In this document: positions 19,493-29,822 of the stretch, in pieces
How positions within the stretch are numbered: position 1 is the stretch's first letter
Layout: each line of letters opens with the position of its first letter
Assembly (NCBI GenBank): GCA_963668175.1
Contig: OY764159.1
Coordinates: 3,264,001 to 3,328,000, forward strand
DNA length: 64,000 bases
DNA from: Syntrophales bacterium
Lineage (GTDB): Bacteria; Desulfobacterota; Syntrophia; Syntrophales; PHBD01
Direction of reading: 5' to 3'
The notes under the pieces: generated by a model
Told to the model about the DNA's origin: nothing
The model's input: only the letters and a program-made list of their open reading frames with translations
Databases searched by the model: none
Made by a program: the position numbers and the translations under genes

Positions 19493-19640
19493 AGTCGGAT
19501 TAGCAGCACCCCCGGTTCGGCACAGGTGAAGTATTGGTAAATCATCGATAATCCGTTAATACCTTCAAACGCTTTTTTTAATCCGCCGTCAGGCGGATGT
19601 TTTATCATATAGACAAGGTAAGGAATGAAAGGAGACACGA

Positions 19641-20330
19641 ATGGAGTTAACGCAAGCTGTCAAAGAAAGGCGCAGCATAAGAAAATTTAAAGCGGACAAG
19701 GTGCCGAGGGAGATCGTCGCGGACATCCTTGCCGATACGCAATGGGCCCCGTCCTGGGGCAATACCCAGCCGTGGGAATTCTATGTATTGACAGGCAAGC
19801 CGCTTGAGGAATTCCGCAAGGAAAATGCCGAATTGGTAGGTAAAGTACCGATCGCGCCCACCCCGGTTGCCCCGACGGATGTTCCGATGCCCGAGATCGA
19901 GGTATGGCTTGATCCCATGAAGAAACGGTACGGGGAGACCGGCAGACTGCTCTTCACGGCCCTCGATATCCAAAGGGGCGACAAGGAAAGCCGCAACCGC
20001 TATTACGCGGAAATGGCCCGCCTGTTCGATGCCCCCTGCCTGATCATCGCCTGCATCCCGAGGAGTGTCCTCGTGGAGTACGGCATGCTCGACGTAGGCC
20101 TGGCCATGCAGACGCTTTGTCTGCTGGCCCACGACCGGGGCCTCGGCACATGTATCATGGCCGTTTCTGCCCGCAACCCGCAATTATTAAGAAAAATAGC
20201 TTCCATCCCGGAGGACAAGCGCGTCATCATGGGCATCGCCATGGGCTACCCCGACGAGAGCGCCCCCATCAACCGGTTCGAGAGAACGCGGGCGACAAGC
20301 GAAGAATTCGTTCACTGGGTGGACGGCTGA
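19641..20330 (+). CDS. Nitroreductase family protein
   Basis: RRSIRKFK, APSWGNTQPW, GLGTC, IAMGYP; RBS AAAGGAG. Confidence 0.94.
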   Translation: MELTQAVKERRSIRKFKADKVPREIVADILADTQWAPSWGNTQPWEFYVLTGKPLEEFRKENAELVGKVPIAPTPVAPTDVPMPEIEVWLDPMKKRYGETGRLLFTALDIQRGDKESRNRYYAEMARLFDAPCLIIACIPRSVLVEYGMLDVGLAMQTLCLLAHDRGLGTCIMAVSARNPQLLRKIASIPEDKRVIMGIAMGYPDESAPINRFERTRATSEEFVHWVDG

Positions 20331-20756
20331 CAGAACCTGATCACACAAACCTGCAACGCCGCCGGCATGAGGCAGAGAAAGACTCGGCCTCCGGCCGGCG
20401 GCGCCGGGCGGCCATACAATACCGGGACACAGGCCAATAGAAACCTTCTCAAGGTCCGGCGGACGCCCGGCGTCCTATCCTTCCTCTCTCCCCGGCAGAT
20501 TCCCGAGAGAACGCCTGAAACATGGAACATATCTTGCTTGATTATGACAGGCGGCTACACCATGGAGACCGGTCCCTTTCTTGTTTGTAAGGCATTGGCG
20601 TCCCCTTTTCCTGTCCATCTTCTCCATAACCGCATTATTCAACTGTTTTAAGATGCTTACGGCGTAAAGCGACATTTCTGCCGTCGGGGCGCAGGTGACC
20701 GATCCCGGCGGGCGACGACGGAAGAAAAGGCCAAAAAAATAATTTGTTACATTCGA

Positions 20757-20785
20757 TTGACAGGTCGTGAAGATTTATGTATGTT
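20757..20785 (+). promoter_or_regulatory. Sigma-70 promoter upstream of RND operon
   Basis: TTGACA-N17-TATGTT. Confidence 0.6.
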
Positions 20786-20944
20786 CCTCAACCAGTTTAT
20801 AAAGGTGAGTGCGGTGGCCTGGAAGCGTCCGATGAGACGCCGAACAGGTCTCTCTTTTTTTTGGGAAGAGGGGCCGCAGCCACAACGGCCGCTTACGGCG
20901 GAAATGAGGCCCCGGCCCGTCACACGGGTTATTTTAACGGGACC

Positions 20945-22135
20945 ATGGATCGTATGAAGTCAGCAGACACTCATTTGAAAAGATATCTCCAGTCAGGATT
21001 TCTCCTTCTCCTTGCCTTGCTCGTCGCTTCCTGCTCCCCAGGCAAAGCGGAAAAACGGGCTGTCCCGGAAATACCGGTGAGCACAGGCAAGTCGGCATTG
21101 AAAGACATCCCCTTCCAGATTCGCTCCATCGGCAACGTGGAGGCGTTCAACACCGTTTCCGTCAAGGCCCAGATCAACGGCGAACTCATCAAGGTTTACG
21201 TCAAGGAAGGGCAATACGTAAACAAGGGCGATATGCTCTTCAAAATCGACCCGAGATCTTTCGAGGCCTCGCTGAAGCAGGCCGAGGCCAATCTCGCCAG
21301 GGACAGGGCCCTGGCGAAAAAGGCGAACGACGATGTCGAAAGGTACAGCTTTCTTATTCAAAAAGGGTACGTCGCCAAGCAGGAATTCGACCAGGTGAAA
21401 TCGAACGCGGAGGCCTTAAATGCCACAGCCAGGGCCGATGTCGCCGTCGTGGACAACAACCGGGTGCAGCTTGAATACACGAATATCCGTTCCCCCATCA
21501 GCGGGCAGGTCAGCAACAACCTGGTCAACGCCGGGAATGTCGTCAAGGCCAACGACGCCGCCCTGACCAGCATCAACCAGATCAGCCCCATCTTCGTAAC
21601 CTTCACGGTCCCGGAGGTCTATCTGGCGGAAATCAAAAAATACATGACAGGGGGAAAGCTCAAGATCGTCGCCACCATCCCTGGGCAGGAACAGAATCCC
21701 GAAACGGGGATTCTCTCTTCCCTCGATAACACCGTGGACAAGGCAACAGGAACGATCAGGCTGAAGGGAACCTTCGATAATAAGGGGCGTCGCCTCTGGC
21801 CGGGCCAGTTCGTCAACGTCATCCTCGACCTCTATGTCCAGAATAACGCCGTCGTCGTTCCGTCGCCGGCCGTCCTGTCGGGACAGGCGGGCCAGTATGT
21901 CTACGTCGTCAAGAACGACCTCACCGTCGAGTTGAGAAACGTCGATGTGTCGAGGACCTACGGCGGCGAAACGGTCATCGCCAAGGGCCTGAAGGAAGGC
22001 GAACAGGTCGTGACGGACGGACAACTCCTTCTTACGAACGGGTCCAAAATCCAGATCAAACCGGCCGTCAAGCCGGACAATGGGAGCAATGGAGGCCCGT
22101 CCGGGGTTCCGGACAACAAGGAAGCCAATAAGTGA
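20945..22135 (+). CDS. RND efflux periplasmic adaptor (MdtA-like)
   Basis: Lipobox-like VASC, EGQYVNKGDMLFKIDPR, IRSPISG, LWPGQFVNV; start 20945 or 20954. Confidence 0.92.
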   Translation: MDRMKSADTHLKRYLQSGFLLLLALLVASCSPGKAEKRAVPEIPVSTGKSALKDIPFQIRSIGNVEAFNTVSVKAQINGELIKVYVKEGQYVNKGDMLFKIDPRSFEASLKQAEANLARDRALAKKANDDVERYSFLIQKGYVAKQEFDQVKSNAEALNATARADVAVVDNNRVQLEYTNIRSPISGQVSNNLVNAGNVVKANDAALTSINQISPIFVTFTVPEVYLAEIKKYMTGGKLKIVATIPGQEQNPETGILSSLDNTVDKATGTIRLKGTFDNKGRRLWPGQFVNVILDLYVQNNAVVVPSPAVLSGQAGQYVYVVKNDLTVELRNVDVSRTYGGETVIAKGLKEGEQVVTDGQLLLTNGSKIQIKPAVKPDNGSNGGPSGVPDNKEANK

Positions 22136-25100
22136 CCATCTCGGAAACCTTCATACGCCGACCGATCATGACGACCCTGGTCATGATCGCCATCCTGCTC
22201 TTCGGACTCGTCGGATACCGTCTTCTGCCGGTAAGCGACCTTCCCAACGTCGACTTTCCGACCATCAATGTGACGGCGAACCTCCCCGGGGCGAGCCCCG
22301 AGACCATGGCGGCATCGGTGGCCATGCCGCTGGAAAGGCAGTTCTCCACCATCGCCGGCGTCGATTCCATGACATCGACAAACGCCCTCGGCGTCACCCA
22401 GATCACCCTGGTCTTCAATTTAGGCCGCGACATCGACGCCGCCGCGCAGGACGTGCAGTCCATGATCTCCAAGGCGTCGCGCCTGCTGCCGCCGAACCTG
22501 CCGACTCCGCCCGCGTACCAGAAGGTCAACCCCGCCGATCAGCCGATCATGTACCTGGCCGTCAGTTCGCCGGTAATGCCCCTTTATCAGGTTCACGAGT
22601 ATGCCGACACCCTCATCGGACAAAGGATATCGATGATCAACGGGGTGGCGCAGGTCCAGATATTCGGGTCCCAGAAGTATGCCGTCCGGGTCCAGCTCGA
22701 CCCAAACGCCATGGCCGCGAAGAACATCGGGATCAACGAGGTGGCGAGCGCGGTCAGAAACAGCAACGTCAACCTCCCCACCGGATCGATGCCGGGCTCC
22801 CATACGGAATACACGATCCAGGCCACGGGGCAACTGTATAGCGCCGCGGCGTACCGCCCCGTCATCGTGACGTACAGGAACGGCAACCCGGTGCGCCTGG
22901 GCGAACTGGGAAGGGTCGTGGACAGCATCGAGAACGACCGGATCGCAAGCTGGTTCACCAATACGCGGGCCATCGTCCTGGCCATCCAGCGCCAGCCCGG
23001 AACGAACACCATCGAAATCGTCGACGCCATTCGGAAGCTCCTGCCGTCTTTCCGGCAGCAGATCCCCGGCTCCGTCAATATCGACATCCTTTACGACCGG
23101 TCGGAGTCGATCAAGGCCTCGGTTTCGGACGTCAAGTTCACGCTCTTTCTCTCCGTCTGTCTTGTCGTGCTCGTGATTTTCCTCTTTCTCCGCAACCTTT
23201 CGACGACCATCATCCCGAGCCTCGCCCTCCCCATGTCCATTATCGGCACTTTCGCCGTGATGTATTTCCTCGGATACAGCATCGACAACTTCTCCCTGCT
23301 GGCCCTGGTGCTCGCCGTCGGGTTCATCGTCGACGACGCCATCGTCATGCTGGAAAACATCGTCCGCCATATCGAAATGGGCGAGAGCGTCATGCGGGCG
23401 GCCTTCAACGGCTCCAAGGAGATCGGTTTCACGATCCTTTCGATGACCTTGTCGCTCGTCGCGGTCTTCATCCCGGTCCTTTTCATGCCGGGCATTCTCG
23501 GCCGCCTCCTGCACGAGTTCGCCGTGGTCATCAGCACGGCCATCCTGGTCTCGGGCTTCGTGTCGCTCACCCTGACGCCGATGCTCTGCAGCCGCTTCAT
23601 CCGTCACAACGGCGGCCGGAAACACAGCCGTCTTTACGATTATTCGGAACGTGTCTTCAAGGCGATGCTCTCGGGATACGAACGCAGCCTCCGGGCGGTT
23701 CTCCGCCGCCGCCGCCTCATCATGGCCGCCAACGGCGTCATCCTGGTGGTCACCGTTTTACTCTTCGTATTCTACCCCCGGGGCTACGGATTCATCCCGA
23801 CGGACGACACGGGCCGCATTCTGGCCTTCACCGAGGCCCAGCAGGGTATCTCCTTCGATTCGATGAGGGACCATCAGCTCGTCCTGACGGATATCATTAG
23901 GAAGGACCCCGACGTCGCCGATTTCATGTCGAGCATCGGCCCCAGCGGATCGACACCCACCGGCAATATCGGGAGGATCATGATGCGCCTCAGGGATCGT
24001 CCGGAACGGAAGAGAAGCGTCGACGAGGTCATCCGGCAGTTCGCCCCGAAACTTTCACAGATCCCCGGCATCCGGGTCTTCATGCAGAACCCGCCGCTGA
24101 TCACGATCGGCGGCCGCCTGACGAAGAGCCTCTACCAGTTTACGCTCCAGAGCCCCGACACGGAAGAGCTCTACCGGAATGCCGTCCTCTTCGAGCAGAA
24201 GATGGCGAAAATTCCCATTTTGCAGGATGTAACGAGCGACCTCCAGATCAAGAACCCCCAGGTCAACGTGGCGATAGACAGGGACAAGGCGTCCGCGCTC
24301 GGCATCTCGGCCCAGCAGGTCGAAGACGCACTCCAGACCGGCTACAGCCAGCAGCAGATATCCACGATTTACGCGCCGAACAACCAATACCAGGTCATCA
24401 TGGAACTGGACCGGGCCTATCGGAACGAACCGTCGCTCCTGTCTTTGCTCTATCTCAAATCTTCCGCCGACCAACTGGTGCCGCTTTCCACCGTGACGAC
24501 CGTGAACCGGAATGCCGGACCTTTGCTGGTCAACCATTCCGGCCAGTTCCCCTCCGTGACGATCTCCTTCAATACGAGGCCGGGCGTTTCCCTCGGAGAA
24601 GCGGTTTCCGCCGTGGATAAGCTCGCCAGGGAAACGCTGCCGTCGAAAATCACCGGCAACTTCCAGGGCTCCGCCCAGGCATTCGAGTCTTCCCTGCGCG
24701 GCCTCTGGATACTCCTGATCCTCGCGATCGTCGTGATCTACATCGTGCTGGGCATCCTCTACGAAAGCTTCATCCACCCCCTGACGATCCTTTCCGGACT
24801 GCCCTCCGCAGGATTCGGGGCGCTCATGACGCTTCTCATTTTCGGCTACGAGCTCAACATCTATTCTTTTGTCGGGATTATTCTGCTGATCGGAATCGTT
24901 AAGAAGAATGCCATCATGATGATCGATTTCGCCTTAGAGTCCCAGAGGAAAGAGGGCAAAACGCCCGTCGAGGCCATCTTCGGCGGTTGTATCGTCAGGT
25001 TCCGCCCCATCATGATGACGACCATGGCGGCTCTCATGGGCACGCTGCCGATCGCCCTCGGTTTCGGCGCCGGGGCGGAATCGCGTCGGCCGCTGGGACT

Positions 25101-25260
25101 GGCCGTCGTCGGCGGTCTCGTCTTCTCACAGTTGGTTACGCTCTACCTTACGCCCGTCTTCTATACCTACATGGAGTCTTTCCTGGCCAGGGTCCGCGGG
25201 CTCACTTTCTTCCGCACGCGTTCTCTGAAGGAGGCCGAAAGCGGCGGACAGCATCCCTGA
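22132..25260 (+). CDS. RND efflux permease (MdtB/MdtC-like)
   Basis: 1042 aa; FIRRPIMTTL, GFIVDDAIVMLENI, GIVKKNAIMMIDFA, RFRPIMMTT. Confidence 0.96.
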   Translation: MTISETFIRRPIMTTLVMIAILLFGLVGYRLLPVSDLPNVDFPTINVTANLPGASPETMAASVAMPLERQFSTIAGVDSMTSTNALGVTQITLVFNLGRDIDAAAQDVQSMISKASRLLPPNLPTPPAYQKVNPADQPIMYLAVSSPVMPLYQVHEYADTLIGQRISMINGVAQVQIFGSQKYAVRVQLDPNAMAAKNIGINEVASAVRNSNVNLPTGSMPGSHTEYTIQATGQLYSAAAYRPVIVTYRNGNPVRLGELGRVVDSIENDRIASWFTNTRAIVLAIQRQPGTNTIEIVDAIRKLLPSFRQQIPGSVNIDILYDRSESIKASVSDVKFTLFLSVCLVVLVIFLFLRNLSTTIIPSLALPMSIIGTFAVMYFLGYSIDNFSLLALVLAVGFIVDDAIVMLENIVRHIEMGESVMRAAFNGSKEIGFTILSMTLSLVAVFIPVLFMPGILGRLLHEFAVVISTAILVSGFVSLTLTPMLCSRFIRHNGGRKHSRLYDYSERVFKAMLSGYERSLRAVLRRRRLIMAANGVILVVTVLLFVFYPRGYGFIPTDDTGRILAFTEAQQGISFDSMRDHQLVLTDIIRKDPDVADFMSSIGPSGSTPTGNIGRIMMRLRDRPERKRSVDEVIRQFAPKLSQIPGIRVFMQNPPLITIGGRLTKSLYQFTLQSPDTEELYRNAVLFEQKMAKIPILQDVTSDLQIKNPQVNVAIDRDKASALGISAQQVEDALQTGYSQQQISTIYAPNNQYQVIMELDRAYRNEPSLLSLLYLKSSADQLVPLSTVTTVNRNAGPLLVNHSGQFPSVTISFNTRPGVSLGEAVSAVDKLARETLPSKITGNFQGSAQAFESSLRGLWILLILAIVVIYIVLGILYESFIHPLTILSGLPSAGFGALMTLLIFGYELNIYSFVGIILLIGIVKKNAIMMIDFALESQRKEGKTPVEAIFGGCIVRFRPIMMTTMAALMGTLPIALGFGAGAESRRPLGLAVVGGLVFSQLVTLYLTPVFYTYMESFLARVRGLTFFRTRSLKEAESGGQHP

Positions 25261-25322
25261 TCCGCAAGTTCGCATCGGCCAACGGACTCACCCGCACATT
25301 CAGTGCCGCTCCCTGAGGTACG

Positions 25323-26660
25323 CTATCTCAATCCCATAGCCCGTTCCGCGCTCGCCTGGGCGATCTTGAAATTATAGAGCGCCGCAATATAGGACGTCTT
25401 GGCGTTGGACTGGGCGACGAGCGAATCGGTCACTTCGATGGGGTTTCCCAGACCCGCGGCGTAACGGCCGTTGGCGATATCCAGGTTGTCGTCGGCCTGC
25501 CGGACGGCCAGTTCCGAGGCGACGATCTGATTTCTCGCCAGTTCCAGGTTCAGGAAGACCTGCTGGACTTCCAGATAGATGGACTGCCGGAGGGCTTCTT
25601 CGTTGGCCTTCAGGGCATCCAGGTTCGCCTTCGCTTCGTCCATCTGGTACTTGGTCGAGTTGCCGCTGAAGATGGGAACCGTCAACTGCGCACCCACGGT
25701 CCATCCCCGTTCAAGGGGGAACACCTGGTTGTCGACGATGTAGTTGGCCGACCCTGTGATATTGGGGTAGTAACCTTTCTTTGCCAGGTCGTAACTCTTC
25801 TGGAGGGAACTTTCGCGCAGGAGGACGGCCTGCAGGTCGGGGCGCTGGGCATAGGCCTTCTTCACCGCGTCGTCAAAGGCTATCGCGTAGGGCTGGTAGG
25901 CCAGGTTGTCCTGGATGCCGTATTCCGGCGCCTCGGGAAACCCCATGGCGTTGTTAAGATTGACCTTGGCGATCCGGACGTTGTTCTCCGCTGTAAGGAG
26001 TGTTATCTTGGCGTTGCTCAGGTCGACCTCGGCCTTCGTCACGTCGAACCTCGCCTTGACGCCGACCTGGAAAAAACCGTTCGCCTGATCGAGATGCGCC
26101 TGAAACTGCCGGACCGTCGCCGCGGCAACGTCGCGCGTCCTCTGGGTCTGGAGGAGGCTGTAATAGTATTGCTTGACGGTGAAGACGATGAGGCTCGTAA
26201 CGTTCTGCATATCCTGCTGCGAGGCGTCCCTGTTCAGGCTCTGGATGCGGACCTGGTCGGCCGTTCTGCCGAAATCGACGATGTTCTGGGTCAGGACGAT
26301 CGCGCTATAGTAGTCGCTGTAAGGAAGCAGCGCCGCCTGGGACGTGTTGATGGTCGTGACCGGCTGGTTATTCCTGGTGTAAGCGGAATTCCAGTTGATC
26401 TGCGGGAAGTAGTTCGCCCTGGCCTGCCCTATTCTGCTTTCGCTCACCTTGATATTGTAAGCGGCAGCCATGATGTTCGGCTGCCTCTTGACGGCGATCT
26501 CGATGCAGCGGTTGACGTCTATCGTTTCTCCCTTCCGGATGAGTTCCTCCGCACCGGCTCCGGAGGGCGTACCCAGAATAACCAGGACGGCGCCTAAAAA
26601 GAGCTGCACGGTTGTCAGCCATCGCCTCCCGGAATGAATGTAAACACGATGTTCTTTCAA
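25323..26660 (-). CDS. TolC-family outer membrane protein
   Basis: ARANYFPQI, YYPNI, RYAAGLG..EV.D heptad repeats; TTG start after AGGAGGAG. Confidence 0.9.
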   Translation of the reverse strand: MKEHRVYIHSGRRWLTTVQLFLGAVLVILGTPSGAGAEELIRKGETIDVNRCIEIAVKRQPNIMAAAYNIKVSESRIGQARANYFPQINWNSAYTRNNQPVTTINTSQAALLPYSDYYSAIVLTQNIVDFGRTADQVRIQSLNRDASQQDMQNVTSLIVFTVKQYYYSLLQTQRTRDVAAATVRQFQAHLDQANGFFQVGVKARFDVTKAEVDLSNAKITLLTAENNVRIAKVNLNNAMGFPEAPEYGIQDNLAYQPYAIAFDDAVKKAYAQRPDLQAVLLRESSLQKSYDLAKKGYYPNITGSANYIVDNQVFPLERGWTVGAQLTVPIFSGNSTKYQMDEAKANLDALKANEEALRQSIYLEVQQVFLNLELARNQIVASELAVRQADDNLDIANGRYAAGLGNPIEVTDSLVAQSNAKTSYIAALYNFKIAQASAERAMGLR

Positions 26661-26933
26661 TATTCTCCTCCTGCCCTTACATCTGTCCGGCCTATCCGAA
26701 ACCCGGGATACGGTCGTCCGCACAGATGTTATTATACGATGTCGGAAACCCTGTCAAATGATACCCTTTTCGCTGTTGCCATCACGGCTTTTTACCGTCC
26801 CGGCCGCACGCCTGAGCCGGAAACAATTTTCTGGCATTCGCCCGGCCAAGGGTCTACAATACGCAAGCAGGCCGGCCGTAGGAACGATGACCGTTCTGCG
26901 GCATAAAGCTTCGGCAACAAGGGGGATATTCTC

Positions 26934-28919
26934 ATGACCGGCAAAACCGCCGGGGCCGACAAGCCTCTTTCCTTCCGCCTCAAGACATCTTTCCTCTCCG
27001 TGCTCCTGCTCGTCCAGGTCCTGATGATCGGCCTCTGCGTCGTCTTCGGCTACCTGATGGTGACGAACCTCCGGGAAGCGGAAGACCGGCGGGCGCGAAG
27101 CGTCGACAAACATATCCAGAACGAAGTGACCCACCGGATTTACCGGTCGTATCTCATCACGCTCAATATCGCCCACGATCCGGAGACGATCGAGGCCTTC
27201 CGTAAGCGGGACAGGGAGGCCCTTCTCAAGGTCACGGCCCCTATCTGGAGGGAGTTTCAGACCAGGGACGTCAGCCAGTTTCACTTTCACATCCCCACGC
27301 CGCAGGGCATCGTTTCATTCCTCCGCGTCCACAAAACGGACGTTTACGGCGAAATCGTCTCGACCTACCGGCCCCTTGTCGTGAAGTGCCAGCACGACAA
27401 GAAACTCGTTTCCGGCCTCGAACAGGGCAAAAGCGGATACGGTTTCCGGGCCTGCTCCCCCGTCTTTTACAAAGACCAGCTGATCGGGTCCGTGGAAATC
27501 GGCTCCGGGTTCAGCGAACGGTTTTTCAAAATACTCGATCACTATTACACCGGAAAATGGAGTCTCGTCAACCTGGAGCGGGGCATCAATACGATCAACG
27601 AAGACAAGATCGTGCTGCGGGCATACAACCAGACGGAGGACGTCGCCCTGAACGACGCCCACCAATTGCCCGAGGAAACCCTGACGAAAATCAAACAGGG
27701 CGTATCCTCCCACCGTATCGACCGGGCGACCGAATCGGTCAAGGTCTACGTGCCGATCCGCGATTTCGGCGGCGATTATGTCCTTTATATCACCTATGAA
27801 TACAAGACGCAGTATTTCGCCCGCATCAGGAACGTCATGTATATCTCCTCCCTGATCTGCCTTGTCGGCCTGATCCTTTCCGGCACCATTCTCCTCATCC
27901 TGTACAGGCAGGTCACGAACCCCATCCACGAACTGGTCCTCGAGACGGAAAAGATCAAGAATTTCAATCTTGACGACCGATCGGCGATCCGCGCCTCCCT
28001 CGTGGAGATCAAGACACTGGTCGACGCCGTCGCCAACATGAAGGTGGGCTTGCAGTCCTTCAAGAAGTACGTGCCGTCTCAACTGGTACGGCAGCTCATG
28101 GAATCGGGAATGGAAGCGAATATGAGCGGCCAGCGGCGCGAAGTGACGATCTTCTTTTCGGACATCGCCGGCTTCACGACGATCTCCGAATCGATGCGCC
28201 CGAGCGAACTCGCCTCCCATATCTCCGAATACTTCGACGAGGTTACGAAGATCATCATGGAGCATAACGGCACGGTGGACAAATATATCGGCGATGCGAT
28301 CATGGCCTTCTGGAATGCGCCGGCGGAAATGAAAAATCATGCGGCCGTGGCTTGCCGAACAACGCTGAAGATACTGGAAAAACTCAAAGAGCTGGAGAAA
28401 AAATGGGTCGCCGAAGGCAAACCGGCCTTCCGCACACGGATCGGCATCAACACGGGCGAGGTCGTCGTCGGGAACATGGGGTCCGAACAGCGCCTGAACT
28501 ACACGGTCATCGGCGATGCGGTGAACCTGGCCAGCCGCCTGGAATCCCTGAACAAGTTCTACGGCTCGAACGTCATCATCAGCCAGTTCACCCATGAAAA
28601 ATGCGCCGACGATTTCGAGGTCCGCACCCTCGATTACGTCCTCGTCAAGGGGAAGATCAAGGCCGTCTCGATCTACGAACTCCTCGCGGAAAAAGGCGAT
28701 ATCTCTACTATCGACCGGGAGTATCTCCTCTATTACGAGGAGGCGATCGGCTATTACCTGAAGCGCGACTGGGACAAGGCGATCGAGATATTCGCCCGCC
28801 TCCTCGAACAGAAGCCGGACGACGGCCCCTGCCGGATGTTCCTGGAGCGGTGCCGCGAATACAGGGAAAACCCGCCGCCGGAAGACTGGACGGGCGAATA
28901 CGCCCATCAGAAGAAATAA
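26934..28919 (+). CDS. Membrane adenylate cyclase (Cache-like sensor, HAMP, class III cyclase)
   Basis: Two TM segments; FFSDIAGFT, DKYIGD, YTVIGDAVNLASRLE; C-terminal helical PPEDW tail. Confidence 0.93.
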   Translation: MTGKTAGADKPLSFRLKTSFLSVLLLVQVLMIGLCVVFGYLMVTNLREAEDRRARSVDKHIQNEVTHRIYRSYLITLNIAHDPETIEAFRKRDREALLKVTAPIWREFQTRDVSQFHFHIPTPQGIVSFLRVHKTDVYGEIVSTYRPLVVKCQHDKKLVSGLEQGKSGYGFRACSPVFYKDQLIGSVEIGSGFSERFFKILDHYYTGKWSLVNLERGINTINEDKIVLRAYNQTEDVALNDAHQLPEETLTKIKQGVSSHRIDRATESVKVYVPIRDFGGDYVLYITYEYKTQYFARIRNVMYISSLICLVGLILSGTILLILYRQVTNPIHELVLETEKIKNFNLDDRSAIRASLVEIKTLVDAVANMKVGLQSFKKYVPSQLVRQLMESGMEANMSGQRREVTIFFSDIAGFTTISESMRPSELASHISEYFDEVTKIIMEHNGTVDKYIGDAIMAFWNAPAEMKNHAAVACRTTLKILEKLKELEKKWVAEGKPAFRTRIGINTGEVVVGNMGSEQRLNYTVIGDAVNLASRLESLNKFYGSNVIISQFTHEKCADDFEVRTLDYVLVKGKIKAVSIYELLAEKGDISTIDREYLLYYEEAIGYYLKRDWDKAIEIFARLLEQKPDDGPCRMFLERCREYRENPPPEDWTGEYAHQKK

Positions 28920-29056
28920 GCCGCGAGCCGGAATGGCATCTGGCCATTCGAATGCACGGATGTAACGATCCGGAAGGCAGACGCTCAAGCGGATTGCCGC
29001 GTGAGAGCGCCCCGCAAACGACGTTCCTTTTGAAACTTCACGATACGAGGTGAATA

Positions 29057-29695
29057 ATGCCGACAAGCCCTTACAACCAAATCGACACCGTTGTTTACCT
29101 TTTGAACAAATTGATGCCTTCGTCCATCCTCGATATCGGCGTCGGTAACGGCAAGATGGGTTTCATCGCCAGGGACCTGCTGGACGTCATGCTGGGCGGT
29201 AGATACCGCAGGGAAGAGTGGAAAGTCCGTATCGACGGCATCGAGATTTTCGCCCCGTACATCCAGGATCATCAAAAGGCGCTATACGATACGATCCACA
29301 TCGGCGACGCCCTGGAGATCATCGGTACTTTGCCGGCCTACGACCTCATCATCATCAGCGACGTCTTGGAACACTTCGAAAGGGAAAACGCCTGGCCGCT
29401 GCTCGATCAATGCGCCGTCCGTGCCAAGCATATCATGATCAACATCCCCCTGAGCGAAAAATGGACCCAACAGGAGATTTACGGCAATCCCCACGAAAGA
29501 CACCTCTCCTTCTGGAGCAGGGAGGATTTCCTGCCATTCGTCTGCGCCAAAGCGTTTTTTTCGTTCGATATAGGCGAATACGGCAGTTTTCTCATCGACA
29601 GCAGGGACTATATCGCCAACAGGCAAACAGGGGAAACGGTCAAGATGCAGATCGAATTGAAAAAGACCTGGATACTGGACAGGCAGGAATGCTGA
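29057..29695 (+). CDS. Class I SAM-dependent methyltransferase
   Basis: ILDIGVGNGKMG, DGIEIF, DVLEHF; RBS GAGGTG. Confidence 0.85.
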   Translation: MPTSPYNQIDTVVYLLNKLMPSSILDIGVGNGKMGFIARDLLDVMLGGRYRREEWKVRIDGIEIFAPYIQDHQKALYDTIHIGDALEIIGTLPAYDLIIISDVLEHFERENAWPLLDQCAVRAKHIMINIPLSEKWTQQEIYGNPHERHLSFWSREDFLPFVCAKAFFSFDIGEYGSFLIDSRDYIANRQTGETVKMQIELKKTWILDRQEC

Positions 29696-29822
29696 TGCTT
29701 GATACCGTCCCGAAGACGTAACTGCCCTTCATCCCCCCGTGCGCTGTTTTTCCTTGAAACCGCCGGACCGATAGGATAAGGCAGCATCCGTAACGGACGA
29801 ATCCGTTTTCGGGAGGTGCACC

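Noticed and set aside
20826..20846. Hammerhead-like CCGATGAG...CGAA string
   Set aside because: The core needs CTGANGA and GAAA with a stem II between them; neither is present
27315..29066. Long antisense or alternate-frame ORFs (e.g. 27315-29066, 36484-37956, 55186-56709, 11268-12695, 44796-46271)
   Set aside because: They overlap genes with clear family motifs and have no motifs of their own; typical shadow ORFs of GC-rich codon usage
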